DNA from: Massalongia carnosa
Taxonomy: Eukaryota
DNA length: 64,000 bases
NCBI GenBank assembly: GCA_965645245.1
Contig: OZ287083.1
Location: forward strand, 1,116,001-1,180,000
Direction: 5' to 3'
Part shown: one piece after another, positions 1 to 11,578 of the stretch
Position numbering within the stretch: the first letter of the stretch is position 1
Layout of the letters: every line of letters begins with the position of its first letter
Made by a program: the position numbers and the translations under genes
The notes under the pieces: model-generated
What the model was told of the DNA's origin: nothing
What the model saw: the letters and a program-made list of their open reading frames with translations, nothing else
Database searches by the model: none

Positions 1-951
1 ACTACCCAAAGACCATTGAAACAAAGTGCTCTCCCGACAAGTCGTAACCCCAAACCAAGTCATTACCGGCCCTCACGCATAGCGCGCCCAAGCTTAGTTA
101 GAGGAGCCGAGCGGAGATATAGCAGATATCTGATAGCAAGAGACTCGTCAAACTATCCCTACCTAACACGCATACCACGACCATGTGCGTCCAAGGGAAC
201 AGAAAGGAGATATAACAGATGTTTGATGGCAAGAGACCTATCATACTGTTCTCGCCTAACATACAAACCGCGATCAAATGCGCCCAATGCAACAAAAAGA
301 TATGGCAGATATTTGACAGCAAGAGATCTGTCAAACTATCCTCGCTTGACACGCATACCGCGACCAAGTGCACTCAAGGGAGTAGAAAGGAGATATAGCA
401 GATGTTTGATAGCAAGAGGCCCATCAAACTGTTCTCGCCTAACACACAAACCGCGACCAAGTGCGCTCGATGCAACAGAAAGAAGATATAGCAGATGTTT
501 GATAACAAGAGATCTGTCAAAATGTCGCCGTCTAACATGCAAATCGCAACCAAGTGCGCTCAAGGAAACAGAAAAGAGATATAGCAGATGTTTGATAGCA
601 AGTGACTTATCAAACTGTTCCCGCCTAACACGCAAACTGCAACCAAATGCGCTCAAGGAAGTAGAAAGGAGATATAACAGATGTTTGATGCCAAGAGATT
701 CATCAAATTGTCCCCGTCTAACATGCAAATCGCGACCAAGTGCGCTCAAGGAAACAGAAAAGAGATATGAAGGATGTTTGATAGCAAGAGACTCATCAAA
801 CTGTCCCCGCCTGACACGCAAACCGCGACTAAGTGCGCCCAATGGAGCAGAAAGGAGGTATCGTGGACTCTCAACAAGATCGAGCGGCAGATTGCAAGAG
901 GATCCTCCTGCTGAGAATCCCTCAGATTCTCCCCATTACAAATGCCTATAG
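1..951 (+). CDS. 3' part of an ORF (open from the window start) built of about 8 tandem 31-aa Arg/Cys-rich repeats; possible Kex2-processed repeat precursor
   Basis: Frame is open from base 1 to TAG at 949-951 across diverged 93-bp units; consensus ERRYSRCLIARDSSNCPRLTRKPRPSALKET. The start codon lies outside the window. Confidence 0.45.
   Translation, partial: TTQRPLKQSALPTSRNPKPSHYRPSRIARPSLVRGAERRYSRYLIARDSSNYPYLTRIPRPCASKGTERRYNRCLMARDLSYCSRLTYKPRSNAPNATKRYGRYLTARDLSNYPRLTRIPRPSALKGVERRYSRCLIARGPSNCSRLTHKPRPSALDATERRYSRCLITRDLSKCRRLTCKSQPSALKETEKRYSRCLIASDLSNCSRLTRKLQPNALKEVERRYNRCLMPRDSSNCPRLTCKSRPSALKETEKRYEGCLIARDSSNCPRLTRKPRLSAPNGAERRYRGLSTRSSGRLQEDPPAENPSDSPHYKCL
109..861. repeat. 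93-bp tandem repeat, 8 full units plus a partial
   Basis: Unit starts at 109, 202, 292, 385, 478, 571, 664, 757, 850; one unit is 90 bp (an in-frame 3-bp deletion). Confidence 0.95.
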
Positions 952-1753
952 ATAGAGGCATTGGATTGATAGAGGAGAACAGGGACGAAACCAAGCTCCG
1001 CAACCTGTGCTGGAGGCTCTAGCTCCTTAGCCTGTTGGCATTCTAGCAGTAAAAAGGTTATCCTTGACGAGTTATCGATTACTCCCTGTCCGACCTTGCA
1101 GACCCAATGTTTGGTCTGCCTGTTACTATCTAGTTACGTTTATCCAGGTCCAGGTCCCATTCATATCTTGTGGAAGGAGTGTCTCGGCTTTTTCAGACCT
1201 GGATCAGGGCATGGATGCAACACGCATCCAACCTGCCCGAAATAAGTTCTTCTAAGCAGGGTGTGAGACCGATTTTGTGAAGATCATATAAATTGAGGAC
1301 CAGATATATTGGTAGAAGGGCGGAACGTGGAGTCTAGTGGCGCTGGAGTTTGGGAAGGATTCGAAGTTGGTCAAGACTGGAGTTGGAATTTGGGTATTCG
1401 TGTTTGGTGTGGCTTTAGTTAGAGTAACCTCTTTTGGAAATGCCGAGCAGCCTCGTAAGGCGAGCTTTTCTCACTGATTATGTAATTCTCAACGCTCTGA
1501 AATACTGTGTACGGGTACTCAGGAAACACTCTCGTCGTCCCAAAGCCTTGAAAATTGCCATTCACTTCCTCCATGCTGTTGAATCGGCATACCCCATGTA
1601 TTTCCGTGGGGAGGAGCTTTTTTTCTTTACAACTCACCGTATCTGTTATGTGCGCCGCGCTTCCTTCAATCCCTCAGCGATAATAATCTCTCCCTTTCTA
1701 CCTTGCACCGAGATAAACGTCACCGTCCACTCCCTTCACTTACCTTGGCAATC

Positions 1754-3002
1754 ATGCCTTCAATGTATCTGTCTCAGATCCGGAAATGGTTTCTTCAGTC
1801 CCCCCCAGTGGAATGGGGTATCCAGCAGCTCCGTGAGCTCCTCATTGGTGCGTTACGTCAGGGTCCTATGCCGCAACATGTAGCGTTCGTGATGGACGGC
1901 AACCGGCGGTTTGCGCGGAATCACAGAATAGAGACCGTGGAAGGTCATAACCTTGGTTTCGAAGCTCTTGCCAAAGTGAGCTTTGTCTTCCGCACCTTAC
2001 TCCTTTCCCCTTTTTGAGGCCAGGAAGCCCTCGCGGCAAGCCGAAGGACAAATATAACTAACAGCCGGCTGCTGGGTACGCTAGATACTTGAAGTCTGCT
2101 ATAAGTCCGGCATCAAAGTCGTGACTATCTACGCCTTCAGTATCGAAAATTTCAAGCGCTCCAAATATGAAATCGACGCTCTCATGGACATGGCCAAAGT
2201 CAAACTCGCCCAGCTTGCCCAGCACGGCGACCTGCTGGACCGCTATGGCGCCAGTGTCCGCGTACTAGGCAAGCGTAATCTTCTTAAGAAGGACGTCGTT
2301 GAGGCCATCGACCACCTCGTCAGCATGACGGCCCATAACACCCGAGCCATCTTGAATATCTGCGCTTCCTACACATCCCATGACGAGATTGCCACCGCAA
2401 TCCGCAACGCTGTGGCCGAGTATTCCGTCCCGTCGCGACCTCCTCTTCACCAGTCATTTTCTGAATCTCACATCACACATACCATCCGCGCTCGTCACAT
2501 TTCCGCCCGCATCCGCGCCCATTCGCCCGGTTCGGGTTCCACGTCCGACGCCGAAGATTCCTCCATCACAACCATGTCGTCATCCACAACACTACACCCA
2601 GAATCCCCGCCTGAAGCCCTAGCACCTAGCACGGAAAACACCAAAGAGTACGACGACAACCTCCAAGGCCGGCTGAAACCGCCTCAGCAAAGCCTCGTTT
2701 ACCCCGACCCCGAAACCATTACCGCACTCACCCTCGACGAGCATATGTTCACAGCCGGTCTGCCCCCGCTCGAGCTCCTCGTGCGCACGTCGGGCGTGGA
2801 GCGCCTGAGTGACTTCATGCTATGGCAGTGCCATCGCGACACGGAAATCGTCTTTTTGAAATGTTTGTGGCCCGAGTTTGATCTGTGGAATTTTCTGCCA
2901 GTCCTGGTGGAGTGGCAGTGGCGGAAGAGGAAGGCGGGAGAGGGAAAAACGGGGGGAGCGGGAGCGGGATTGGGGATAGGGATTAGGGAAAAGGGACGAT
3001 GA
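1754..3002 (+). CDS. RER2: cis-prenyltransferase / dehydrodolichyl diphosphate synthase (RER2/SRT1 family), 2 exons
   Basis: Motifs PQHVAFVMDGNRRFA, YAFSIENFKR, LLVRTSGVERLSDFMLWQ and LWPEF; GT-AG intron 1976-2084 joins ...EALAK to ILEVCYK... Confidence 0.93.
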
Positions 3003-3502
3003 TGAAAGAAAAGGGAAAGAAAACGGAGAAGGAGAGAGAAAGGGGCAGGAGAAGCGGGTATAACTATATAAGACCTCCCCCATACGTAAACCCCCTCGCT
3101 TTTTTATTCACCACATCGCTTGTTCTCTCTAAATCCGATCCACGGCTTCGGCACGGTGCGCTAGCGAATGTACAGATAGATGCCTAGATGAGACTTACAG
3201 GATTACTTACCAACAGAGAAGCCTCTTTTTTTCTTTTTTTCCGTATGTTTTCTTTCATTCGTTTCCTTCCCATCACTGACCCAAACCCCGATTCAATCCC
3301 ATTTTTGGGGGTGGGAGGGGTTTAAAATAAAACCGATTTTCATCCCAGCCATACATACTCACTTCATTTCTCCCTCTTTCCCTTAATCACGTCTTGGGAA
3401 TAGAAATTCCTGAAATGTCCTCTACTTCTTCTTCTTCTCCTTCTTCTTTCTTTCTTCTCTATCTTCATCTATTTATCTATCCATCCACCTCCCTCGGTTT
3501 CA

Positions 3503-3534
3503 TTTTCGATTTTCGATTTTCGATTTTCGATTTT
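3503..3534. repeat. (TTTTCGA)4 microsatellite
   Basis: Four perfect 7-mers read directly from the sequence. Confidence 0.85.
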
Positions 3535-3918
3535 GTTATTGATTAATTGATTTATTTGTTGTTTTTTTAGGTTTATTTATTGCAGTTTTCCTTAGAGAAG
3601 AAGAAATAGGAGAGAGAGACGGGATTGAGTCAAGGTCATGAAAAGGGGGGAGGGGGATGGATAAGGGAAATAGGGTTTGAGGTTCAGGGATTTTCAGGGA
3701 CATGTTAATTTTGGAGGACAAAATCAAGCTAAGAAATCCATGGTAAGAGCCCAAATTTTTCTTCCTTTTGGGCAACTCCGTGTAACGCTTTGAACAAGGC
3801 GTTTGACATTTTACATCGACTGGAATAACGCTAGGAAGCGCAAGCGACGGCGCGTTGCCGTTTGGATAAAGAGTATGAATTTTCCCCTTCAATGCCCATT
3901 ATCACCCGTCCTACCACG

Positions 3919-4945
3919 CTATTGGTTCTCCAAGTCGTCCGCCGGTGGAGCTTGCCCCGGTGAAAGCTTCATGGTCCGAGCGAGGAGATCCATATATCTC
4001 GGCGGCAAGTAATCCCCTCCCCAAACTTCGACGTGTTCCAGCCCCCGAAACTCGTTCAGCGCAAGAATGGTGCCATCTCGATGCGTCCGGATGGGAAGTT
4101 GCTCGACCGGATCTAGCCAGTGGAAGTGTGCCGTGGTCCAGCGCTCGAACGAAATGGAGATTTCTTTGAAGCGGTGTCTTGACTGGAGCCAGACGAAGAG
4201 GCAATGCCATGAGCGTTCCGCACGGATGAGGAAGGGTAGGGTATCTCCCGCGTCCAGAATGAAACATACGGCGCGGATTCTTTCTAGATTTGAAATACCA
4301 ATATGTCGCACCCACCAGAATGCAACTAGAGGCCTGAAGAACAGGAACTCGTTTTCGCTGTAAAGCGCATCAGCGGCCTCGAGGTGAGTTTTCCTGTTGA
4401 CTAGGAGCAGCGAGATGTCTATGTTGGGCGCTGTCACGTATGATTCCGGCATCTCGACGCTTCCTTGGTTGTAGAAGGGAGTGATCACGTGCGGTTTCTT
4501 CAACACCATTCTTAAGATCCTCTTTCGTATCCCTTGCTCCAGGTCTAGAAAGCGGAATGGCGTATCATATTTTAAATGGTTGACAGAAGAGTGGGACATT
4601 TGTTCGGGAGAAGTGTTGGCTAGGTCCTCCCGAGGAGTCTCCGGAGGCGCCTCCATCTCCTCATTTTCCAGGTCAACGATATGAGCTCCTTCAGTAGCAT
4701 CCATGTTAGGTTCTGGCGGCGCGGGTGGTTTCAGCCTTAATAATATCAGCAGCCTCTCATGAAATGTGGATGCAAGGAAGCCACCTCAGTCTTGTACCAG
4801 ATCCTGTTGCTGGAAGCTTCTTCTGTGCTTTATTTCGTGGCTCTGGCTCTGAGTCTGATGGCCGATTCCAGTAAGGACTTACAAAGGACGTAAGTTTGCG
4901 CCGCGACCCATATGTTGCTTGTTTGTGGAAGCTTCTCCCGGCCAT
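3919..4945 (-). CDS. Hypothetical protein with F-box-like PFRFLDL..IR..I motif (fungal DUF7730/2EXR-like); probable 5' exon 4945-~4786
   Basis: PFRFLDLEQGIRKRILRMVL...SLLLVNRKTHLEAADALYSENEF matches a common fungal domain pattern; a putative intron ~4785-4737 links the upstream ATG exon in frame. Confidence 0.65.
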
Positions 4946-5789
4946 TTACGGATTTGTGATGGGGTTCGGTTTACGGCTCGTCTCTGTCAACACAATTAAC
5001 TCGCATGAGAATGGCAAGAAAAATAGTCACGTAGCCTGGCTGATACACATGACGGAGGTTGTGATAAAAATCCGCAAGCGTTGTAGAAGCAAGCTAATGG
5101 GCTTGTTGGGATCATGCGGAGACTGGGCAATTGAATTCAGTGTGTCCGATGAGGGGGAAAGGAGAAAGCTACAGGCTTCCTTGGGGAGCTTCAACGAACT
5201 TGCAACTAAGAACCTTTGAGACAAGCAAGGTTTTAGGATAGAAATCCGGAATATCTAAGAAGTAATTAAAAAGTGATTATAACACCGTAGTAAGAGTTAG
5301 TATTTCTTTGATGATTGCTTGACTGCGGAACTTGGTTGAAGGAAGGAGGATAGGAAATGGTGATGGGATGGGGATGAGGATGGGAATGCTGATATAGGCT
5401 CAATGAAGATTAAACGTAAACTCGCCGGTGAATGGTGATACCCTCATCCTTCCTGTTTGGGAAACGCATCTTAGGGCTTTTGACGTGAAAGAAATACCAA
5501 CAAAAAGCAGGCAAATAAAAATTCCCCTTGATAGAGTTTAGCATCACTTACTTGCTCTTGCTCTGCTGATCTTATATCATTGTCCGCCACACGATAAGAC
5601 GACATATGACCCTTAGGTCCTGTACCTTCAAAGCCTATATGATAATAATGAGGTAGGACGTGAAGCATCAGGGCTCAAGACTCGATCACAGGCAGAAAAT
5701 ACCTCAGTCACCATGAAATGTAAGCATCATTCCTCACCCTCAGCTTGTTCATCATAATCCACCAAATTCACTAACAGGCCTACTCAGCA

Positions 5790-6452
5790 TTAGCACCATC
5801 GATCCTATTATCGACTCTCCTCCTTCAACTCGCCTACATTATCGCCTTCCCTGCCCTCGCCCCTGCTTCGGTCTTGCCATCTCCCTCGGAATTAAACAAT
5901 ACTCACTTCTCCGCCCCTCCCCAACTCTCAAGAATTCTCAGCATCCGCGCCGGGAAAAGGCTACGGGAAAAGGCTCCAGGAGGGCAAATCCTTCCGCCAG
6001 CTCTCCTCCACTTACTTTACCGCCAGCCCTGGCTCCCAATGCTACACCACAGCAGCTGATCCCCCGCAGAACTCGTCAGATTATTCGCCCCGCATGCTTG
6101 CGAATTGCTCGTGCTGGACGCTCTAGAATGGCAAAAGGCCAGCGACGCCTCCAAAGCGACCCCGTGTCCTGTTTGGCACCCGGCTCGACACCGGCGAATT
6201 ACTGCGCAACGCCGACGGCTTCCAGGAGAGCCTGACTTTCGCCATTATGACGGCAACCGTGCCATTGTGTCAACCTGGCTCACCCACGGCGCGTGTGAGC
6301 TAGCATTCGCGAAGCTGATGTTCGATTGTTTGGGCAAATGCGACAACACGAGGGGCGGTACATACTTCTATGGGCATAACGGCGTGGCGGGCTATTCGTT
6401 GGATCCGACATACGTGCATAGCGAGGGCATATCGTGTGGTACATACGTTTGA
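5790..6452 (+). pseudogene. Probable degenerate small secreted Cys-containing protein
   Basis: Hydrophobic leader-like segment (LLQLAYIIAFPALAPASVLP) and a C-terminus CELAFAKLMFDCLG..TRGGTYFYG..YSLDP typical of fungal small secreted proteins, but no clean ATG and a stop lies between the two segments. Confidence 0.3.
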
Positions 6453-6556
6453 TCGATGATGGGTGAGGGAGGGCTCGTGCTTTTTTGGGGCGCTGAGCCG
6501 CACCTGTTGGAATTCGGGACTCGACTCGGAACTTGCATGTTTGGGAAAAGTCCCTA

Positions 6557-6615
6557 ATCGTGTCAAAACACTCAACCCCAACCGAGTCAATACCCTATGA
6601 GTGTTTTGACACGAT
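6557..6615. mobile_element. 59-bp hairpin mini-MITE flanked by TA
   Basis: Perfect 20-bp inverted repeat TAATCGTGTCAAAACACTCA (6555-6574) / TGAGTGTTTTGACACGATTA (6598-6617) with a 23-nt loop; termini match the pogo element at 32867. Confidence 0.6.
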
Positions 6616-6771
6616 TACGCCATTGAATAGTACTGTGCACGGTGTAACTGAATATCCCAACCCATCAAATCCTTTTGTCCCCCCTTCTGCGACGCAGCGC
6701 CGCCCCCTATATCCAATAAAAAATGGTAAGTTTGCCAACCACCTTTCCTTCCATAGCGAGTAAAGTAACTA

Positions 6772-6842
6772 ATCGTGTTTAAACCACTTTCGGAATGCAA
6801 GGGCATCCCTTACTTTTCATTCCGAAAGTGGTTTAGTACGAT
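6772..6842. mobile_element. 71-bp hairpin mini-MITE flanked by TA
   Basis: Near-perfect inverted repeat TAATCGTGTTTAAACCACTTTCGGAATG (6770-6797) / CATTCCGAAAGTGGTTTAGTACGATTA (6818-6844). Confidence 0.6.
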
Positions 6843-7501
6843 TAACTACTCCGTATGTGCGCATGGTAGGTCCCCCATTCCTGGCTTTGAGCTGCACCTC
6901 AAGCTCCACCATCACCCACTATCACGAATCCTGCCTCCAAACTCTCTTTACCTGCAAGCAAGCGCCTGCCTGGCCTAACAACCACCTATCTCATTCCCTC
7001 ACCCATTCCTAGCTACCAGCGGCGCAGAACAGTACGGGGGTGAACTTCCTACGTCCCTACCTAGCTACTTAGGTAGATGGCTATCGTATTTGGGGAATGA
7101 GACGGTGCGTATCTCGGATAGATATAGCTAGATGAACGGAGGCTTATATGTGCAACCCTCTAGTATTAGTAAGGACGAGTAGTTGTGGGAACGTGAGATA
7201 ATTGCTACCTATCCACCACTAGCAACCGGTTCACTGTGGATGGTTAAGTATACTATGTACAGCAAGGAAAAGCTTGGAAATTCTTTTAAGGGAAAAAAGG
7301 AAGAAGGAAATGAAAATTTTGCCGTAGCGCATGGTGAAGCGCGGTCGTGAAGGATAATGACCCTAATCCACACCTGTTTGCTTTGTTGGTGCCGTGTAAA
7401 CCCCACGGTAGCGCTCAGAAATCTTATAGCCCATTCCATTCAACCTCCTCAACGCCTTTCAAGCCCCTCCTCCCGACCCCTTTTCAAAAACAGCCAAATC
7501 C

Positions 7502-9091
7502 TTAGCGATACCCATCCCCCCACATCTCCCCCTCCTCAATAACCGCATCCTCTATCGTAACCACCCGTCTACCCTCCTCCTTCTCCCGTCTCTTCCTCTC
7601 CTGCTTCGTAACCAGCCGGCTTGGTGTCATCGGCGTTAGCGGCGTAAATGGCATGTACGGGCTATACGGCGTTTGCGGCACACCGGTTTGGGGCGTGCCC
7701 GCGACGCGATTGTGGGGCTCAGGCACTTTGCGCTCCAGCACGGTGGCTTTGATGATCGAAGAGGGGCGCTCCGACGTGGGGCCTGCGTTGAGGCGGGGAT
7801 TGCGCAAGGGAAGAGGGGCGCTGCGGAGGGGGAGTTGGTGGCTTGTGGTTGGGACGCTAGATGATGAGTCGGTGCGTAAGGCGAGGGGGGCGGGGGCGCG
7901 TTTCGTTGGCTTGGTGAGGTCACGAAGGGGGATTTCGTTGTCGTCGCTTCTGGTCGTTTGCAGGCGTGGACGAGTAGCGCTTTCGGCAAAGGTTTGTGAA
8001 GTTGGCCCTGCAGTGCGAGGGCCGCGATTGAAATCGGAGAACTCGGCATGCCGGGGACTTAGGCGGGAGGCGTCGTAGCTGGCTTCCGGGATGCTGTTGC
8101 TTGGGTGGCGCATTGGCGGGGTTGGCGGTGGCGGGCCCGGCTCGTAGAAACGGGGGCTTAGCGGTTCGGATTCGCCATACATGCTGAGGTGCTCGGAGAC
8201 GAGATCTGGGGAGCCCATTGGCTGGGAAATGGGGAGGTTCCGGATGCCTCGTTTTTTACCGAAGCTGCCTAAGGACGACCGTGATGAGGCGCGGCTGTGG
8301 ATCGTGATTGGCGAGGGCCTTGTCTGCTTGTGCGGGGAGGTTGTCAGTGTGCGGGTGGGCGATTTGGTCTCTGTGCGGGAGGCTAAGGACGTTTGATAGG
8401 GCGTGCCAGAACGCAAGTGCTGGAGTTCGGGCGGGTTTGGAGGATGCTGCTTCTCGGCCAGGTCAAGCCTCGAAGTCGACTTCAGGTCATCGTGTTCCAT
8501 CACAGCTGCGTAAAGCCGGTCCATTTCCTGTTGGTTTTTCGTCTTGTCCTCTTCAATAACCCCTTCGTCAAAGGTTACCACGCTACTCTGCATTGAGGTC
8601 TGCTTTTTGTGGTCTTTCCCTAACGATGGCCAAATACTGCTCATCTTGCTCTTCTCCGGGCTTGGCCAGGAGCTCTTCATGTCCAAGGTGCTATTCGGGC
8701 TCAGGCTGTAAGGATTATTAGCCATAGGCGAGATGGGCGATGGATCAAAAGCTTCGGGGGTTTCGATCTTGGATGGCCTCATCATCTGCATCGCAAGCGT
8801 CCGCGGAGAAGCTTGGGCCGCACGACGAAGGCGACGCCCTACCAGTAGAATTGCAACCCCGATGATGATAACGGCGAGAATGTATGCGCCCACTATGGAG
8901 CCAATCTGAACGGGAAGAAACGAAAGATCTCGAAGAGCGGAGGCAGCTATGGGAGGACCGTCCTCGCGCGCTGGAGCGGGGCCTTCAAAGATACTGATGT
9001 GCCAAATATCGGTAGGAAAAGCGCGGGTGGAAGCGATTAAAAACGTAATTGAAATGAATTGAAGGGATGACAGTGAGTATCGATGGAACAT
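7502..9091 (-). CDS. Fungal hypothetical single-pass membrane protein with Pro/Ser-rich cytoplasmic tail
   Basis: 529-aa ORF with signal-like N-terminus, TM segment IVGAYILAVIIIGVAILLVG and C-terminal PQTPYSPYMPFTPLTPMTP. Confidence 0.8.
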   Translation of the reverse strand: MFHRYSLSSLQFISITFLIASTRAFPTDIWHISIFEGPAPAREDGPPIAASALRDLSFLPVQIGSIVGAYILAVIIIGVAILLVGRRLRRAAQASPRTLAMQMMRPSKIETPEAFDPSPISPMANNPYSLSPNSTLDMKSSWPSPEKSKMSSIWPSLGKDHKKQTSMQSSVVTFDEGVIEEDKTKNQQEMDRLYAAVMEHDDLKSTSRLDLAEKQHPPNPPELQHLRSGTPYQTSLASRTETKSPTRTLTTSPHKQTRPSPITIHSRASSRSSLGSFGKKRGIRNLPISQPMGSPDLVSEHLSMYGESEPLSPRFYEPGPPPPTPPMRHPSNSIPEASYDASRLSPRHAEFSDFNRGPRTAGPTSQTFAESATRPRLQTTRSDDNEIPLRDLTKPTKRAPAPLALRTDSSSSVPTTSHQLPLRSAPLPLRNPRLNAGPTSERPSSIIKATVLERKVPEPHNRVAGTPQTGVPQTPYSPYMPFTPLTPMTPSRLVTKQERKRREKEEGRRVVTIEDAVIEEGEMWGDGYR

Positions 9092-9768
9092 GGTGATGTT
9101 TCCAAAGTCTCAATGCATGTCCTCCTAGAGCAACGACGGACTTCATGCAAATAACTTCGAAACCAAGATGAAATAGAGGTTCCCCTGGGAAGGGAAGAGG
9201 TGCATTATGGACTCCCCACACTCCAGCAGCGTGGGCGGCTGCAGGGCGATTCATCGATGGAAGATGATGATGAGGGATCTGATTGGAGGGAAGGAAAGCA
9301 TTAGGCTGTGAAGAAGCTGCAGACTGAGCCGTTAGTTTTCTGCATGAGATTTAAAATAAACGGCGATTGGAGGTTGGTCAGCTTAGCGCTAGATGAGGGA
9401 AGAGGAAGCAGAGATGGAATAGGTTAGAAGGGAGTCAGCTAGGATCAAATAGGCTAGCTGGAACGAAGGATTTCGCTATGTAATCAGTCAGCTGATCTAG
9501 ACTTTGCGTGACAGGACACTCAAGGGCAAGCTGACTTTCCTAACCTCCATCCCTTTACCTCATCACTGAATCCTAACTCCTTACGTTAGCGTGTGATTGT
9601 GCATGAGACGTGAGACGTCAGATGGGTGATGGCAAGTTTCATGTCCCATTTCCATTTTCATTTCAGCGGTGATAGTGATGGTAATGTGATGGTGGAGAAG
9701 AATGGGGTTATGCTCACAGAAAATGTTCACCAAACGTACCTCATGAATCCATGGAAGCCCAGGGCAGC

Positions 9769-10518
9769 CTATTCTGGCCTGCGTTCCTGTTCCTCCTGTC
9801 CTTGATGTAGTCTCTCAAGATCTCGAGCTGACAGTTCTATCGCGAGCGCTGCAGTCCTCATTGGATCATGGACTAGCATAGGCTCGAGGAAAATCATTTC
9901 TATGTTGATGTTTTCGTCCTCTCTCCCGTAATGCTGAAAAGGATGGACAACGATGACCTCGTGCTCGTCTCCGTCTACGCCGTTCCCCGTGGCGGTTCTT
10001 CCAATCTCGATCGAAGTTCTGCTCAAGTCTGCTTCTGTTGATGTATACCAATTGAGCTCATTCATGACATAGTGCAGGTGCTCCCGGTCGCTTTGTCGTC
10101 TAAGCTCCTGTTCGTGTTCCCATTCTCGGCGCATTACTTCCGCCTGCCATTGTGCTTCCTGTCGTCTCCTTTCAAATTGCCGTTGGCGGTCTAAATCTCC
10201 AGATTCGGCAAGCCATTGCTGCCGCAGTCTCGCTGCGTTCTGCGCTTGAACTTCCCATCCGCTTCTCATGTACGCACCATGTAGTGCCGATCGCCGTGTT
10301 TCGTCGTCAGGCCGATCCTCACTCTGTCCACCGCCTTCGACGGTCCCCTGTGGTCGCCTCTCCAGGTTGGTTGCATTCGCCGTCGTCTGGAAGCTCTGAG
10401 GTGGGTTGAATGTTGATTGTGAGTGCTCCCATTCACTACTTCGTACAGTCCATACATTCCGCATCTGTCTGCTACACCATCTTCGTACTCTCCGTACTGT
10501 GTTTCTCAAGCTGGGCAT
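9769..10518 (-). CDS. Hypothetical protein, Arg/Glu/Gln-rich
   Basis: 249-aa ATG-initiated ORF with no recognisable domain. Confidence 0.5.
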   Translation of the reverse strand: MPSLRNTVRRVRRWCSRQMRNVWTVRSSEWEHSQSTFNPPQSFQTTANATNLERRPQGTVEGGGQSEDRPDDETRRSALHGAYMRSGWEVQAQNAARLRQQWLAESGDLDRQRQFERRRQEAQWQAEVMRREWEHEQELRRQSDREHLHYVMNELNWYTSTEADLSRTSIEIGRTATGNGVDGDEHEVIVVHPFQHYGREDENINIEMIFLEPMLVHDPMRTAALAIELSARDLERLHQGQEEQERRPE

Positions 10519-11578
10519 GATCTTTTCTTTACTAACCTATGTGATGCTGGACTGATATAATTTTTTTAGGTCGAGAGTTCTGATAACAAAGGCTTCTGTG
10601 TTACATGTGCTTGCTGGCGTCTCGTTCTCAGCACCTATTGTGTCACAACGATCACTATGTGATGAAGTTTGTATCTAACCATGAACGCTAAACCCTGTAC
10701 GGATATGACGGCGCGTCTTTATAGTTCTTAGTCTTCATTTCTGTAATATCTCTATGGCATCATTTAGAGACACAAGAGGGATCTTTCTGTGCAGCATTAC
10801 TAAGGAGCGCTGTGACACGGCAGACATGTTTGAGCATTTTCTTTGGGTCATGTAACATGCTGATCATATAGAAGATCAGGAAAATCTACGAATTTGTGCT
10901 TAGGCGAAATCGTTCATGATATATTCATTCTTTTTTGATTTTATCAAAGAGCACCTACATCCTAGACTCTTCTAACACCATTCTTCTATAAGTCCCCAGC
11001 GGCCGCAGGTTGGCTTTGGTCTGCACGAAAGAATGCTTGTCCCATCACTTCAAGCAGTCAAATGGTAGGCATCTTTTGTCATCTACATACAATAAGCGAT
11101 CATGCCTTTCTTCGAGAGTTGCAGACAGCTATCTTTATATTCTTCAAAACATACTGGAGCCTTTTTTGTTGAACGCCTATAATGCTTCCGGAGCCTACGC
11201 ACAACTGTTTCATTAGGCTTTGGATCATTACTTTTCCTTTCTTATAAGAATTCTTGGTCAGACATGACCAATCTTCAACCCCTTATTTCGTGTCGATAAA
11301 TGTTAAATATGATACTTGTGCTGTTAAACAGGGTTATTGAATAGGCACCTTGACTATTCCCAAATAGGACGAAAATCCGACAATAACTTGTCGCTTAGCG
11401 TTGTAAGTCTTCTAACCGCATCGAGTCACATCTTCAAGTCTTCATCTGCGTTAAAAAGTACCCTTGCTGCTTGGCGACGATGAACATCGATTCTCGGCGG
11501 CCATCACTGTTATTTTCTGACTAACTATTAACCATAATTTCTTTTGAAGTCATTGGTAGAGTTCGTTTCTAAAAATCC

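Noticed and set aside
7636..8596. Many overlapping antisense or alternative-frame ORFs (also within KGD1, TFB1, Uds1, RCC1)
   Set aside because: Shadow ORFs of GC-rich real genes with no independent motifs.
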